From the NCBI RefSeq assembly GCF_009914755.1, contig NC_060932.1: 64,000 bases of DNA; one strand, 5' to 3'. The notes beneath the pieces are model-generated. The model searched no databases and was not told the origin of the DNA. It saw only the letters and a list, made by a program, of their open reading frames with translations. The DNA comes from the human T2T-CHM13v2.0 reference genome, Homo sapiens. Shown here in pieces: positions 1 to 11,790 of this stretch (positions within the stretch are counted from its first letter, which is position 1; each line of letters opens with the position of its first letter). The position numbers and the translations under genes are program-made.

Positions 1-81
1 ACTCAGCCAGGCTGGGAGCTGACTTCCTAGGTTGTCCTCCTGTAGTTCTTGCCACCTTGTTCTTTTTAAATTCCCTGCCTT

Positions 82-393
82 GGCCGGGCACAATGACTCA
101 TACCTGTAATCCCAGCACTTTGGGAGGCTGAGGTGGGCAGATCACTTGAGATCAGGAGTTCAGAGACCAGCCTGGCCAACAGGGTGAAACCCTGTCTCTA
201 CTAAAAATACAAAAATTAGCTAGGCGTGGTGGCATATGCCTGTAATCCCAGCTACTCAGAGGCCAAGGCAGGAGAATCGGCAGAAAAATCGCTTGAACCG
301 GGGGGTGGAGGTTGCAGTGAGCAGAGATTATGCCACTGCACTCCAGCCTGGGTGACAGGGCAAGACTCTGTCTCAAAAATAGATAAAAATGAT
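82..393 (+). mobile_element. AluS-family SINE with an internal 12-bp tandem duplication
   Basis: GGCCGGGCAC start, two arms, TACTAAAAATACAAAAATTAG linker and A-rich tail. GGCAGGAGAATC is followed by GGCAGAAAAATC. Diverged TSD TAAATTCCCTGCCTT / TAAGTTCTCTGTCTT. Confidence 0.95.
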
Positions 394-954
394 AAGTTCT
401 CTGTCTTCTTCATTGAAGGTGTGGCAGGAATGTGGTTTGGTTTCCTTGGGTCTGTCTTTGTTGAGTTCAGGACTCTGCTGTGTCCTGTGGACAGTAATGA
501 TGGGGAGGCCGTGCTGCCTGGAAAAGGCAGCTTTCTCCTGGGGAGGGACTGAGGGGCTTTTACGTGGGGGCTGGGTCATGACTTCCAAAGCAGGTGTGGG
601 AGTGACAGGGAGTGTTCAACTGAGATTAGAGAAAGGTGTTCGTTTCAACTGAGCGTTGAAAGTTGAATACTTTTTAAATTAACTTATTTTTAAATTCTGT
701 AACTGGATTCCCCAACAAAATTGAATTTGGGCTAAAGAAACCCAATTGGACCTGATTTATTTTATGCTTGATAAAGCATTTCAAGCATTATTTTATGCTT
801 AAAAACTCACGGGCACGTGAATCAGAACTCTTGAATTCCACACAGCTGATGGTTAGAAGAGAGCCTATATTATTAAAAAAAGAAAAATGTAATCCAGAAT
901 GTTGGTGTTGTGGTCAAATAGGATCTTTCTTATATTATTAATGGGAACTCAGAC

Positions 955-1200
955 AGCCATAACCTTTATAAGAGATTACACCAATTCTAGAATATTTTTC
1001 CTGTGGACATACTCAAAGACATGGGTAAGTATTAGCAAAAATTTGGAAACAACCTTCAGGTTCTAACATAGAGGAATGAGAAAATGAATTATGTACCCAA
1101 AACTTGGCAACAAAAATCATAGTCTTCAAGAATATTTAATAACATGAGTAAAGTGCTTAACATATAAAAATGACTGAAAAAAATGACTCAAGGCTGAATA
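955..1200 (+). mobile_element. Very old L1 (L1ME-like) 3' fragment
   Basis: TAGCAAAAATTTGGAAACAACC...GAATTATG resembles the old L1 3' region. Boundaries are approximate. Confidence 0.35.
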
Positions 1201-3913
1201 CTAATGATATTTATACAAAAGCTTGATGCTTATGTTTAGATTTTAGATGCTTTCTTTGTTTCTCTAAATTTTGAAAAATATTTTCAAAAATTTCTGAAAT
1301 GAACTCATTATAATTTTTAAGCATGCTATAAAGATTGTATATGGAAAAATTTGCAAATAAGTAAGCTTATTTTTTGTTTAAGAATGACTTGGAGAAATAC
1401 ATCTCAAGGTATTTTTCTGCTTTTTAGATGATTCAGAAGTGTCCATATTCTGCCTACTTATATAAGTTTTTTTTTTTTGCTATGAAATTGCCATTTTAGA
1501 CAATCGTTTTTCCTAAGAAATCTTTGGAAAGTAAATTTGCATTTTATTTAAGGATTTGAAGATCTTTAAGGTTCTGAGAGGTTGCTATACAGTTTTTTGT
1601 GTGTATTAATTGTATAATAAAATTATGCATCATAAGGTGGTTCACCAACAGAATGAAGGGTTATACAGTTAATTTTTTTCTGAAGAAAAAAAGTACGACA
1701 CAGAAGCCATGAGTTCTGAGCATCACATGCCTCATAATTTTAAATGTTAGAGAAAATGAGTTGATAGGCTTAGCATATCCCTTGAACGTAGAGATTTGCA
1801 AGAAAGAAGCTAGATGCAGTGTTCGCACACAGAGATTAGAAGGGAAGCCAGTGTTCCCTTACGGCTTCGATAGATATTTGTGAATTATTTGGGTCTAGTA
1901 TAGAACATCTTTTGTAAAAGTGCCATAAGAAGATAAAACATGGCATTTCTGACGTGAAGAGCTGAAAAGGGCAGGTCTCAATTCATGCTTGTTCTGTAAG
2001 CCCTGGAGTCACAGGGTTTTGGGAAGTGCGGCGACTTCGGTGAAGTGGTAACAGCTGTTCCGTTGGCCGTTGGAACGGCTTTGCTAGGGCAGGACGGGGC
2101 TGCCATTGTCATCCCTGCATTATTGGAGTCAGGACAGTTCTAGGCATGGGGAGGGTGAGGGGAGGGAGGTTAGGCAGAGGATTGAAAAGCAAGGAAAGCC
2201 AGCCCTTCAGGAGAGACCTGGCGGGAGGAGGAGATGCTGGGATCATGGCGTGGGGAGCAGCAGGTGGGCAGGGCACACCCAGGTTTCCGAAAAGCCAAGA
2301 GGGGTCGTATCCCCTTCCTTTCAGAATTGCTCGTCATGTTCTCATAGAGACTTTCCCAGGGAGAACTACACAGGATAGAGGCCATTTTTCCTGAGATTGG
2401 ATTTATAGGAAGCTGGCAGGACAGCATCCCCTCTGCAGGGGCCTCAGGGTGTGGGACTGCCGGCCACAGCGGGGCCACCAGCTGCTTGATGTTAGCGCAG
2501 CGGCCACCCTCCAGCCAGGGTTCTCTCCTTTATAAATTGGGGGAAACAGTCTCTCCCAGTCTCTGCTGCTGTTCTCTGTATAAAGTTACTATATGACAAG
2601 GGTAAAATGAAAACACATACAATGTGCTGGAAAGGACAGAAAGTTCCACAAACTGACGTGAATGACGCACTGAAACATAGACATCCTAAGCAGGGTGTCT
2701 GTCTGAAATGGGCAATAAGGAGAATTTCTCTAAAATCTCTGCATTCAAATTTTTAGTTTACTGTTTCACCACTCTGAGTATCTCCCCTTAATATCTCTAT
2801 CAAACTTTCAGTTTTTGGTTCCACAGTTTCTTTCCAAAAAGCTACAGACGGGATATTTACTGAGTTGTGATAGCACTATGTTTCAGGAACTGGAACAGGA
2901 ACCCACGGGTGTGGTGGATTTCCGTGAGGTGCTTCAAGTTACATCTGGTCAGCGCTCAGGACTCAGCCCCGGGCTCTCCAGGCTGCCTGGGAGGGAAGTG
3001 CAGTTCTGCAGGCGGCATCTGAGAGGCTTCAGAACGGGCCTCTCCTTCCCTCACCCACGCTCCCCACTATTTGGCCCACGGATGCTACACGCTGGCCACC
3101 CTAAGTCACTGGGTGCCCTCACCTTGTTCTCTGTTCTTTCAAACCCAACCTCCCCAACAGTCACCAGCACCTCTGTGTGCAGGCATTGTTGCTTTCCCTT
3201 CTGTGCAGTGCTGGACCCTCCTGACCTGCACCTGTGCCCCTCACTGAGGGTCTGTGCAGATGCAGCTTTCTGTCTCCATTGCTAGCTCAGCTAGCAACAT
3301 AACAGAGGACTAGATGCACGTGTGTTATTTGAATGGCATAACAGATAAGGGAAGGCAAGATAATTAGGAGGAATTTTGGAATACCTGGAGTTAAGACCAT
3401 ATTCCCCACAAAGCGCATCTTAGTCCTGTTATTTCCCCACAGCACCGCTTGTTCCCTCCATTGCATACCTTTCCCCTGTGCTCAGAATGTGAGGAATGAT
3501 ATCGAGTAAATTAATGAGGGGAGTCACGGAAGAATAAAGATGAGGCAAAAAGAAAGGAGGGGAATGGCTTCCAGCGGGCGCGTTTTCACCGCCCTGTGCT
3601 GGAAAGGCACTTAGGAAGATAATGAATATAAACTCACACTATCTGGACACAGATGGAGAAGGCGGTGGAGCATTCGAGTGGATGATTAAAGAGAAAAACA
3701 AATCAGGAGGTAAAATTACTGTTTATGGGCCAGGGAGGCCACGTCCTAAAGTTTAGTGGAATTGTGCTTTAGAAAGAATGCTGTAAGAAATCCAGAAGCT
3801 GTGAAGACGGTAAAGACAATGATGACAGTGAGCTTTCTTGTTTCTTTGAGGCTTCCGAATGCTCCTCCCCAGTCTGCGTCCTGCTTTGACTGGACGTTGC
3901 AAACAAAAGATTC

Positions 3914-4095
3914 TTGCTTTGTCTGTCTCCATCCTTTCGACCACCTCCAGAAGCTACAGGAAATAAACGCTCTTTCCATCCTGGTCCCTTTGCCACCCAC
4001 AAATACGGAGAAGTTGCGTCTAGGTAAATATTAATCTCTGCTTCTGCTTTTCCTTCCTGTGTGCTGTGAATACAGGCCCTGTCTGCAGTTTTACT
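3914..4095. repeat. Left arm of a long non-Alu inverted repeat (pairs with 4457-4636)
   Basis: 3914-4078 aligns without gaps to the reverse complement of 4472-4636 (~20 mismatches in 165 nt by manual count). 4066-4095 resembles one inverted 28-bp VNTR unit. Confidence 0.95.
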
Positions 4096-4145
4096 TTTGG
4101 CTGAAGTAGCCCATGCTCTAGGGTCCATCCAGGAAACACACAGCG

Positions 4146-4484
4146 CACAGTCAAACCGCAGACGGCCTGTACCCACAGTCAAACCACAGACGGCCTGTAT
4201 GCACAACCAAACCGCAGACGGCCTGTACCCACAGTCAGACCGCAGACGGCCTGTATGAACAGTCAAACCACAGACGGCCTGTACCCACAGTCAAACCGCA
4301 GACGGCCTGTACCCACAGTCAAACCGCAGACGGCCTGTATGAACAGTCAAACCACAGACGGCCTGTACCCACAGTCAAACCGCAGACGGCCTGTACCCAC
4401 AGTCAAACCGCAGACGGCCTGTACCCACAGTCAGACCGCAGACGGCCTGTATGAACAGTCAAACCACAAATGGCCTGTATTCAC
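4146..4484. repeat. 28-bp minisatellite, ~12 copies
   Basis: Unit CAGTCAAACCGCAGACGGCCTGTACCCA with TATGAA/ACCACA variants, partly in 84-bp higher-order trimers. Confidence 0.97.
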
Positions 4485-4636
4485 AATGCAAAGGAAGGAA
4501 AAGCAAAAGCAAAAGTTAATATTCACCTAGATGCAACTTCTCTGTATTAGTAGGTGGCCAAGGGACCAGGATGAAAAGAGCATTTATTTCCTGTAGCTTC
4601 TGGAGGTGGCCAGGAGGATGGAGACAGACAAAGCAA
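4472..4636. repeat. Right arm of the long inverted repeat
   Basis: Reverse complement of 3914-4078. The ORF track shows the same peptide (CFVCLHP..HLQKLQEINAL.ILVP) on opposite strands. Confidence 0.95.
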
Positions 4637-4762
4637 CCAGAAACACAACTTTCCCCCCAGCCACCATCCAGAAACACAGCTTCCCTCCAGCCACTGTACA
4701 GAAACACAGCTTGCCCCACCCAGCCACCATCCGGAAACACAACTCCCACCCACCCACCATCC
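4637..4762. repeat. ~31-bp degenerate minisatellite, ~4 copies
   Basis: Repeated CCAGAAACACARCTT...CAGCCACCAT. Confidence 0.85.
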
Positions 4763-5095
4763 CTCCAGGAAGCCGCTGTTTTTAATCCCCTCCCATGAGT
4801 TATGAATTGTGTCTGGTGTGGTGGACCCTGGAGCATGGGCTTGTTGGCTGCGGTTCCACTCGCCCAGCGTGGGGCCTGGGAGACCTGGCTGAGCTGGTGT
4901 GTGGTGTCCTCTGTACATGACTCCACTGTGGTCTCCCATCCTGTGGGTGTGCATGCTTCATCCATCCATTGCAACGTCAACAGACCCCTCTCCTCCTTCC
5001 ACTTCTCTCCTCCTGTTTTCTAGTTTGAAACTCTTACCAATAATGCTGCTGTAAACATCTTCTGCATATTTTTGGTGAATCTATGGATGTATTCT

Positions 5096-5475
5096 TTTTT
5101 TTATTATACTTTAAGTTTTAGGGTACATGTGCACAATGTGCAGGTTAGTTACATATGTATACATGTGCCATGCTGGTGTGCTGCACCCATTAACTCGTCA
5201 TTTAGCATTAGGTATATCTCCTAATGCTATCCCTCCCCACTCCCCCCACCCCACAGCAGTCCCCAGAGTGTGATGTTCCCCTTCCTGTGTCCATGTGTTC
5301 TCATTGTTCAATTCCCACCTATGAGTGAGAATATGCGGTGTTTGGTTTTTTGTTCTTGCGATAGTTTACTGAGAATGATGATTTCCAATTTCATCCATGT
5401 CCCTACAAAGGACATGAACTCATCATTTTTTATGGCTGCATAGTATTCCATGGTGTATATGTGCCACATTTTCTT
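5096..5475 (-). mobile_element. 5'-truncated L1PA3-like element (3' UTR plus ORF2 end)
   Basis: Poly-T then TTATTATACTTTAAGTTTTAGGGTACATG. Non-Ta GAG diagnostic (AACTCGTCA). TSD ATGTATTCT at 5087-5095 and 5476-5484. Confidence 0.95.
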
Positions 5476-6030
5476 ATGTATTCTGTTGTGTGTGGGTAGC
5501 CCCAGGATGCCGGGTGGCAGAGCATGCCTGTCCCCTCTAACACATCCCAGCAGACACTTCACTCCACCAACCCACACACCCACTGCCAGGCCAGGAGGGC
5601 GCCTGCCACACATCTCTGCAGCCACGAGGGTGTCAGCCTCTCCACAGGAGCCCCTGCAGGTGCTGTGACAGCATCTTGTCATGGTTTAATGTAACTTCCT
5701 GGATGCTCGGTCACCTCGAACGTCTTTTCTTTATCTGCCATCTGATATCGCGTAGCCTCTGTTAAGAAGGGCTGAATGGAGTCCCGTGCTCATTTTCCTA
5801 GTGTGCTGTCTTTACGGATTCCAGATATGAGGCCCTTTACAAACACAGGTTTTTCTAACGCCTCTTGCTCTGTGGGACATCTTTTCATTCTCTTAAATGG
5901 AATCTTTGATGATCAGAGGTTCTTACATGTAATTCAGTGCCATTCATCAATATTATCCTTTGTAGTTAGAACTTCCATTAGGTTCTGGAAGCGTTACTGC
6001 GTGTATTTAGACCTGTAATATCTCTGGAAC

Positions 6031-6166
6031 TGTGTGTGTGCACATGTGTGTGTATGCACATGTGTGTGCACCTGCGCATGTGTGTGCATGCACGTGTGTG
6101 CATGCATGTGTGTGCATGTGAGTGTGTGCATGCACGTGTGTGTGCATGTGTGTGCATGTGCCTGTG
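6031..6166. repeat. (TG)n/(TGCA)n alternating purine-pyrimidine tract
   Basis: TGTGTGTGCACATGTGTG...GCATGCACGTGTGTGCATG. Confidence 0.95.
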
Positions 6167-7015
6167 TAGGGAGATGGGGGGCTACATTCATTCCTTTTCC
6201 CAAGGCATATCCAGTTGGCCCAGTACCAGCTATTGAAAGGACAAGCCGTCCCCACTGTCCTGAAGTGCAGCCTTTCAGAGTTCAAGTCCCCACACAAGGA
6301 TAGGCCTGTTTCAGGGCTGCCTATTAGAACCATTGATCTCTTTGTCAAACATTGAGCCAATTCCTCACTGCCACAATTATTTTTATTGCCGGATCTTGCT
6401 TTTCTTTTCTTCCAATAAATTTCTCCTCTTCAGAATTGGCTTTATGTTCCAACCCTGCATTTCCAGATGAATTTTAAAATCTGCCTCTCAGTTTTTAAAG
6501 AACAACTCATTGGGCTTTGATTAGGAATTTATGGAATCCGTAAATTAAAATTTGGACATTTGGCATCCTTATATTGAGTCTTTCAAATGCATTGACATGG
6601 TAGTTTCTTCCATTTCTTTGGGCCCTCTGAAGTTTCTCCCAGTGTTTTACAGTTTTCTGTGTATTTGTGCATCTTCCTTAGATTTATCATAGGTATTCGA
6701 TATTTCCTCATGCTATTGTAAACTTTATGTGCGTCAAAAAAATGATGCTTTTGTAAAAATGAAACTCTGTAAAATAATTTACAGGTTTTTTATTGCTATT
6801 GTATGGAAATACATTTTTTATTAACTTTGATTCTAGTGATCTTGCTACATTTATGTATTATTTAACTCTATTTTTTCTGTAGACATTTTAGACTTTCTAC
6901 ATTTATAAGTTGTCTGCAAATGCCAGTTTTATTATCTTTCTTTTGAAATTCATAAATTGAATTTCATTTAACGTTTTTCTCATCAAGATGATTATGTAAT
7001 TTTTATACCTTCTTC

Positions 7016-7272
7016 TTTTTTTTTTTTTAAAGACAGAGTCTCTGTCACCCAGGCTGGAGTCCTGTGGTGAGATCAGAGTTTACTGCAGCCTTGAACTCCT
7101 GGCTCAGGCTCTCCTTCTGCCTCAGTCACCCTAGTCACTGAGACTAAAGGCAAGTTCCACCAAGCTCAGCTAATTTTTTCAGAGACAGGGTCTTGCTGTG
7201 TCTCCCAGGCTGAACTTGAACTCCAGGCCTCAAGTGATCCTCCCACCTTGACTTCCCAATACAGTGGTATAG
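7016..7272 (-). mobile_element. Degenerate AluJ
   Basis: Poly-T, GACAGAGTCTC...CCCAGGCTGGAG, TGCAGCCTTGAACTCCTGG, GTGATCCTCCCACCTTG. Confidence 0.85.
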
Positions 7273-8543
7273 TGATTGATTTCTGAATCATAAATGAAAT
7301 TTTGATTCCTGAAATAAATACAATAATTTTATAATTTAAAAATTGTTTTAACATGTAATATTTGCTAATGTTTTATTTAGTGTTTTTCTATTTACGTTTA
7401 CAACAGATTGTCTATTTTTTAAAATCCCTTTGATTTGGAATTAAAGTTAATCTGGCCTCAAGACAAGTTTGAGAAGTGTTTCTTTTTCTCTACTGTGAAG
7501 AATTTGTATAGTTTATATTATTTATTCTTTAAACACTGGAAATATTTCTGGAGAAGCCATCTACTTCTGGTGGTTCTCTTATGTGAAGGTATAATTACAG
7601 ATTTGATATCTTTTCTAGACAGGACTGTTAAGATTTTTTTATTTCTTCTTGTGTCAGTTTTTATAAGTTGTGTTTTCCAAGGAACTTTTCCATTTCAGTT
7701 GGATTTACAAATTAGTGATAGAAAATTAGTTACACCACCCTCTTAAAATATTCTCATGTCTTTAGGATCTGTGATTATTTTCCTTTTCAATTCTGATGTT
7801 ATTGCTTTAAGCTTCTTTTGTTTTCTCTATTAGTTTTAATAGGAATTTATCAATATTACTGGTCTTTTAAAGAAAAATATTTTTTGATTTTGTTGATTTT
7901 TTTCCCTACACTGTGTTTTTAAATTAATTTCTGCTTTAATCTTTGTTGTTTCTTCATTTGGATTTAATTTCCTATCCTTATTCTAATTTCTTGTGATTGA
8001 TGTTTAGACTTTTATCTTCTAATATATGAACTTAATACTTCAATTTTTTTATGTTCAGCTTTAGCTGCCTCTCGAGTATTAATATTTAATAATTTAATGA
8101 GCTTCAGCTTAAAACATTTTCTAATTTTCATTTTATTTCTCTTTTGACAAAAATATTTTAGAAGTATATTTCTTAATTTTAAAATAATTTGCCATTTTCT
8201 AGTTAGCTTTTCATTATTGAGTTCAAATTTAATTCTACTGTAGTCAGATAATATATTCTGAATGTATTTTACGTATTTCAATTACTTGAGCTTTTCTGGG
8301 TCTTTTTTTAGGTTCCTGCATATGGCCAATTTTGGCAAATGTTTTGTGTGTACTTAAAAAATGAAATTCTTTTATTTCTGACTTCAGTGGTCTCTATGTA
8401 TCAATAATTCAGTATTAATCCTTGTGTTCAGATGTTTTAAATCTTATATTTTCGGATTAATTTATGTGCTTAATTGATCAGATTTATCCAGGTTTGTTTA
8501 TTTTTGCTTTTGATTCTGTCAATTTTTGCATCTGATATTTTGA

Positions 8544-8921
<378 letters not shown>

Positions 8922-10489
8922 TGAAATTACCCTCTTTATCTCTTTCAGTGATTTCAGTCTTAAAATCTACTTATCTGATTTTAGTATATATCAGTTTTCT
9001 TTGGGTTAATATTTGCATGTTATGTCTTCTTTCATCATTTTACTTTCACACTTACTATATTCTAATATTTAAGTTTTATTCTTTAAGCGTATAGTTGTTT
9101 CTATTTTCATCTGGTCAGACTGTATATATTAAATGTAATTCATGACATCCAGGAATTTCATCTGCCATCTTACTATTCCTGTTGTATTCTCCACTTATTT
9201 TATATTCTTTGTTCTCCCTTTCTTGCATCCAGTTGTATTGACCTAGATTTATCTTTTTTATTCCACATTTTCCTCTCTTGACTCGTCACTTTCACTTTCA
9301 GTAGTTCCTGAGGATCACCACAGTCATCTCTAGGTTATTAGAAACTCAGACCGATGGGTGTTATTATCACCTTCCAGAAAATGCCAAGACCCTGGAACCT
9401 TTTAACTCCTCTGATATCTTCCTGCTCTGTGTTTAGCCACAGATACGAATTCTGTATGTATGTTTAAGGTCAGTAAGACATCAGTGTTATTGTTTTGTGT
9501 GGTTGATATTTAGATTTAGTGACCCACATATTCACCTTTCTTTGCTCTTCATTTCTTCACTTATTTCCTTGTTTTTTCTGGGGTTGTTTTGTTCCTCCCT
9601 GAAGAGCTCCCCTAATTTTTGCTTTAGTGTGAATCTCTTCGAAGAAAATTCTCTCAATTTTTGTTTGCCTAGAAATGTCTTCATTTCGGCTTTTGATGAA
9701 AAAGATGTTTTCTCAGCTCTAGAACTATAAGTTGGCAGTTATCTGTTTCAGCCTTTTAAAGCTGTCATTACACTGTCTTCTGCCTTCCCTGTTTTTATTA
9801 GGAAGCCAGGGCATGGTATCATTGCTTAAATCTTACGTTTCTTTGGCTTCTTATAATATTTTCTCTTTGCCTTTGGTTTTTAAAAGTTTTACCCTGCTGT
9901 CCTAGGCATGGCTTTGTATCCATGTGTTCTGTGTAGAGCTGAAGGCTGAAGAATCTTCTATCTGGGAATGCAGGACTGTGCCAGATTTGTCTTTTATACT
10001 TAAAATTCCCCTTGGGACAGAGACGAGGATTTGTCATCATGCCTCATTCCTATGAATCTACTGTGGCTTCTAGAAAATCCAAGGAGAGAAGGATGGTGTC
10101 CATGCCCTGTTGACAGGATTGGACACTGCTCAACTTGGAGGTTATTCTAATGCTAGAGAAAGAAAAACAAAATGGATGAATATAACACTTTCTTCCATGT
10201 AATAATGGACATAGAAGTGAGAGCATACATGTCAGACTCAAAAACATAGATGAGTTCTTAAAAACTGAAAAAAAGTGTTATGTGAGAATCTGAAAAACTA
10301 AATATCATTATTTGAAATATATTAAACACCACTTCTCAAATAAGTTTTTCTGACTTTAAAAATAAGACAGACATGAAAAATATATGGAGTATTACTTTCT
10401 GAGATAATCATTATTATTTGGATATAATTATTTCTGTTTTTTGTATGTTTGCAGGCACATGTATGAAACACACATACATACATACGTAA

Positions 10490-11790
10490 TCGTTATGCTT
10501 TGTTTTTGATTTGGTCCTCCACTTTCTTTTTTCATTGAAAACGATGTTAACATTTTGATATTTCATTAACATTTTTTCAGATGATCATCGGTAGTGACTG
10601 GCTTCTATCTCATGGATGCGTTTTTATTCACTTAACCACGTCCCTGCAGAGGAAGAAAAACTTTTCCTCTACCCTCTTTCATTTTTCAGCTGGAGTCTGC
10701 CAATTAAACTGACAAAAGATAGATTCATAGGAGAAAAGTCATACACATTTTGCTTGATGTTAACATTTTTACATGCACAGTAAAAATGAAAAGAAGCTCC
10801 ACAGTAAAAAGTGAAAAACTCAGAGGAGCAGGAGACTCAGGGGCTCATAGGGCACTTTAACAAAGGGTAACACGATGCAGAGAAGTCACTGTACAGAGGA
10901 AAAGGACCTTTGGCCTACGCGGGGGCAGCTTTGGGACGGTGAACACGTGCGAAGATGAACGGGAGAGGAGGGTTATCTTAGTAAGGCTTGTTTGCAGATC
11001 CTCAGTGCAGGCTTTCCGTCTCTGACGATTCCGGTTGTTCTTTGCCTGGTGAGGGAGGTGAGGGGCACCTTCGCAAGGGGAAATGAGTGCACTGGCTTTA
11101 GGTAGAAAGGAGGAGGGCAGAGAGCTCTTCCGGTGCCTGTGGTTTCTCTCTTGCCTTCAGCTCAAAGCGGTGCTTAGGCCAAAGAGGCCGATTGTCAGGT
11201 GGCGTCGTCTCATCTTCTCCATCCCCAGGATCAGGCATTTAGGTTGTTCTGTTTACACGAACTACTCTTTGTACTGTTGCAGTCAACTTATTTTTACACA
11301 AATCTTTGGCTTTCTTTCTGGTTATTCCATTAGAACAAACTATTGGAAGTAAAATTAAGGGTCCAATACCATAAACAGCGAAGCGTCCTGATATGTAAAG
11401 GCTGATTGCTTTTCTGGTTGTTGGAATACATGTTGGTTCCCACAAGACACCTGCGAGTAGTTTTCTCACCTCAACCTCACTAGCATTGAGCTATAGTTCA
11501 TTTTTAATGTTTTCCAAATTAGAAGATGACAACTATATTCCATTTTAGTTTGCATTTTTCTGTTTCCTTGAGAGGCACAGTATGTGTTCAAATATTTACT
11601 GGCTATATTTCTTCTGTAAATTTTATTTGTAGACATTTATCTATTTTGCTATGAGAGTGTTAGTGATTTTCTTATTGTTTCCTTCGAATTCTTTATATAT
11701 TGTTGATACTAATACTTTGTGACTTTTAGAAATATGTTTGCATTCAGACTTTTGCCTTTTTATTTTGCAAATGCCATTTTTAACATATGT
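10490..11790 (-). mobile_element. L1ME-like fragment split by an LTR
   Basis: TTAACCACGTCCC | CAGG..CATTTAGGTTGTT rejoins across the LTR into an old L1 3' motif. Confidence 0.55.
10645..11221 (-). mobile_element. MER34-family (ERV1) solo LTR
   Basis: TG...CA termini and 4-bp TSD TCCC (10641-10644 / 11222-11225). TTTTCCTCTACCC...GACAAAAGATAGATT and CTTCAGCTCAAA...GCCAAAG motifs are typical of MER34. Confidence 0.8.

Noticed and set aside
3914-4636. MITE/DNA transposon or pre-miRNA explanation for the inverted repeat
   Set aside because: No TA or 8-bp TSD at the outer ends, no terminal repeat I recognise, and the loop is far too long for a canonical pre-miRNA. A Dfam search is still needed.
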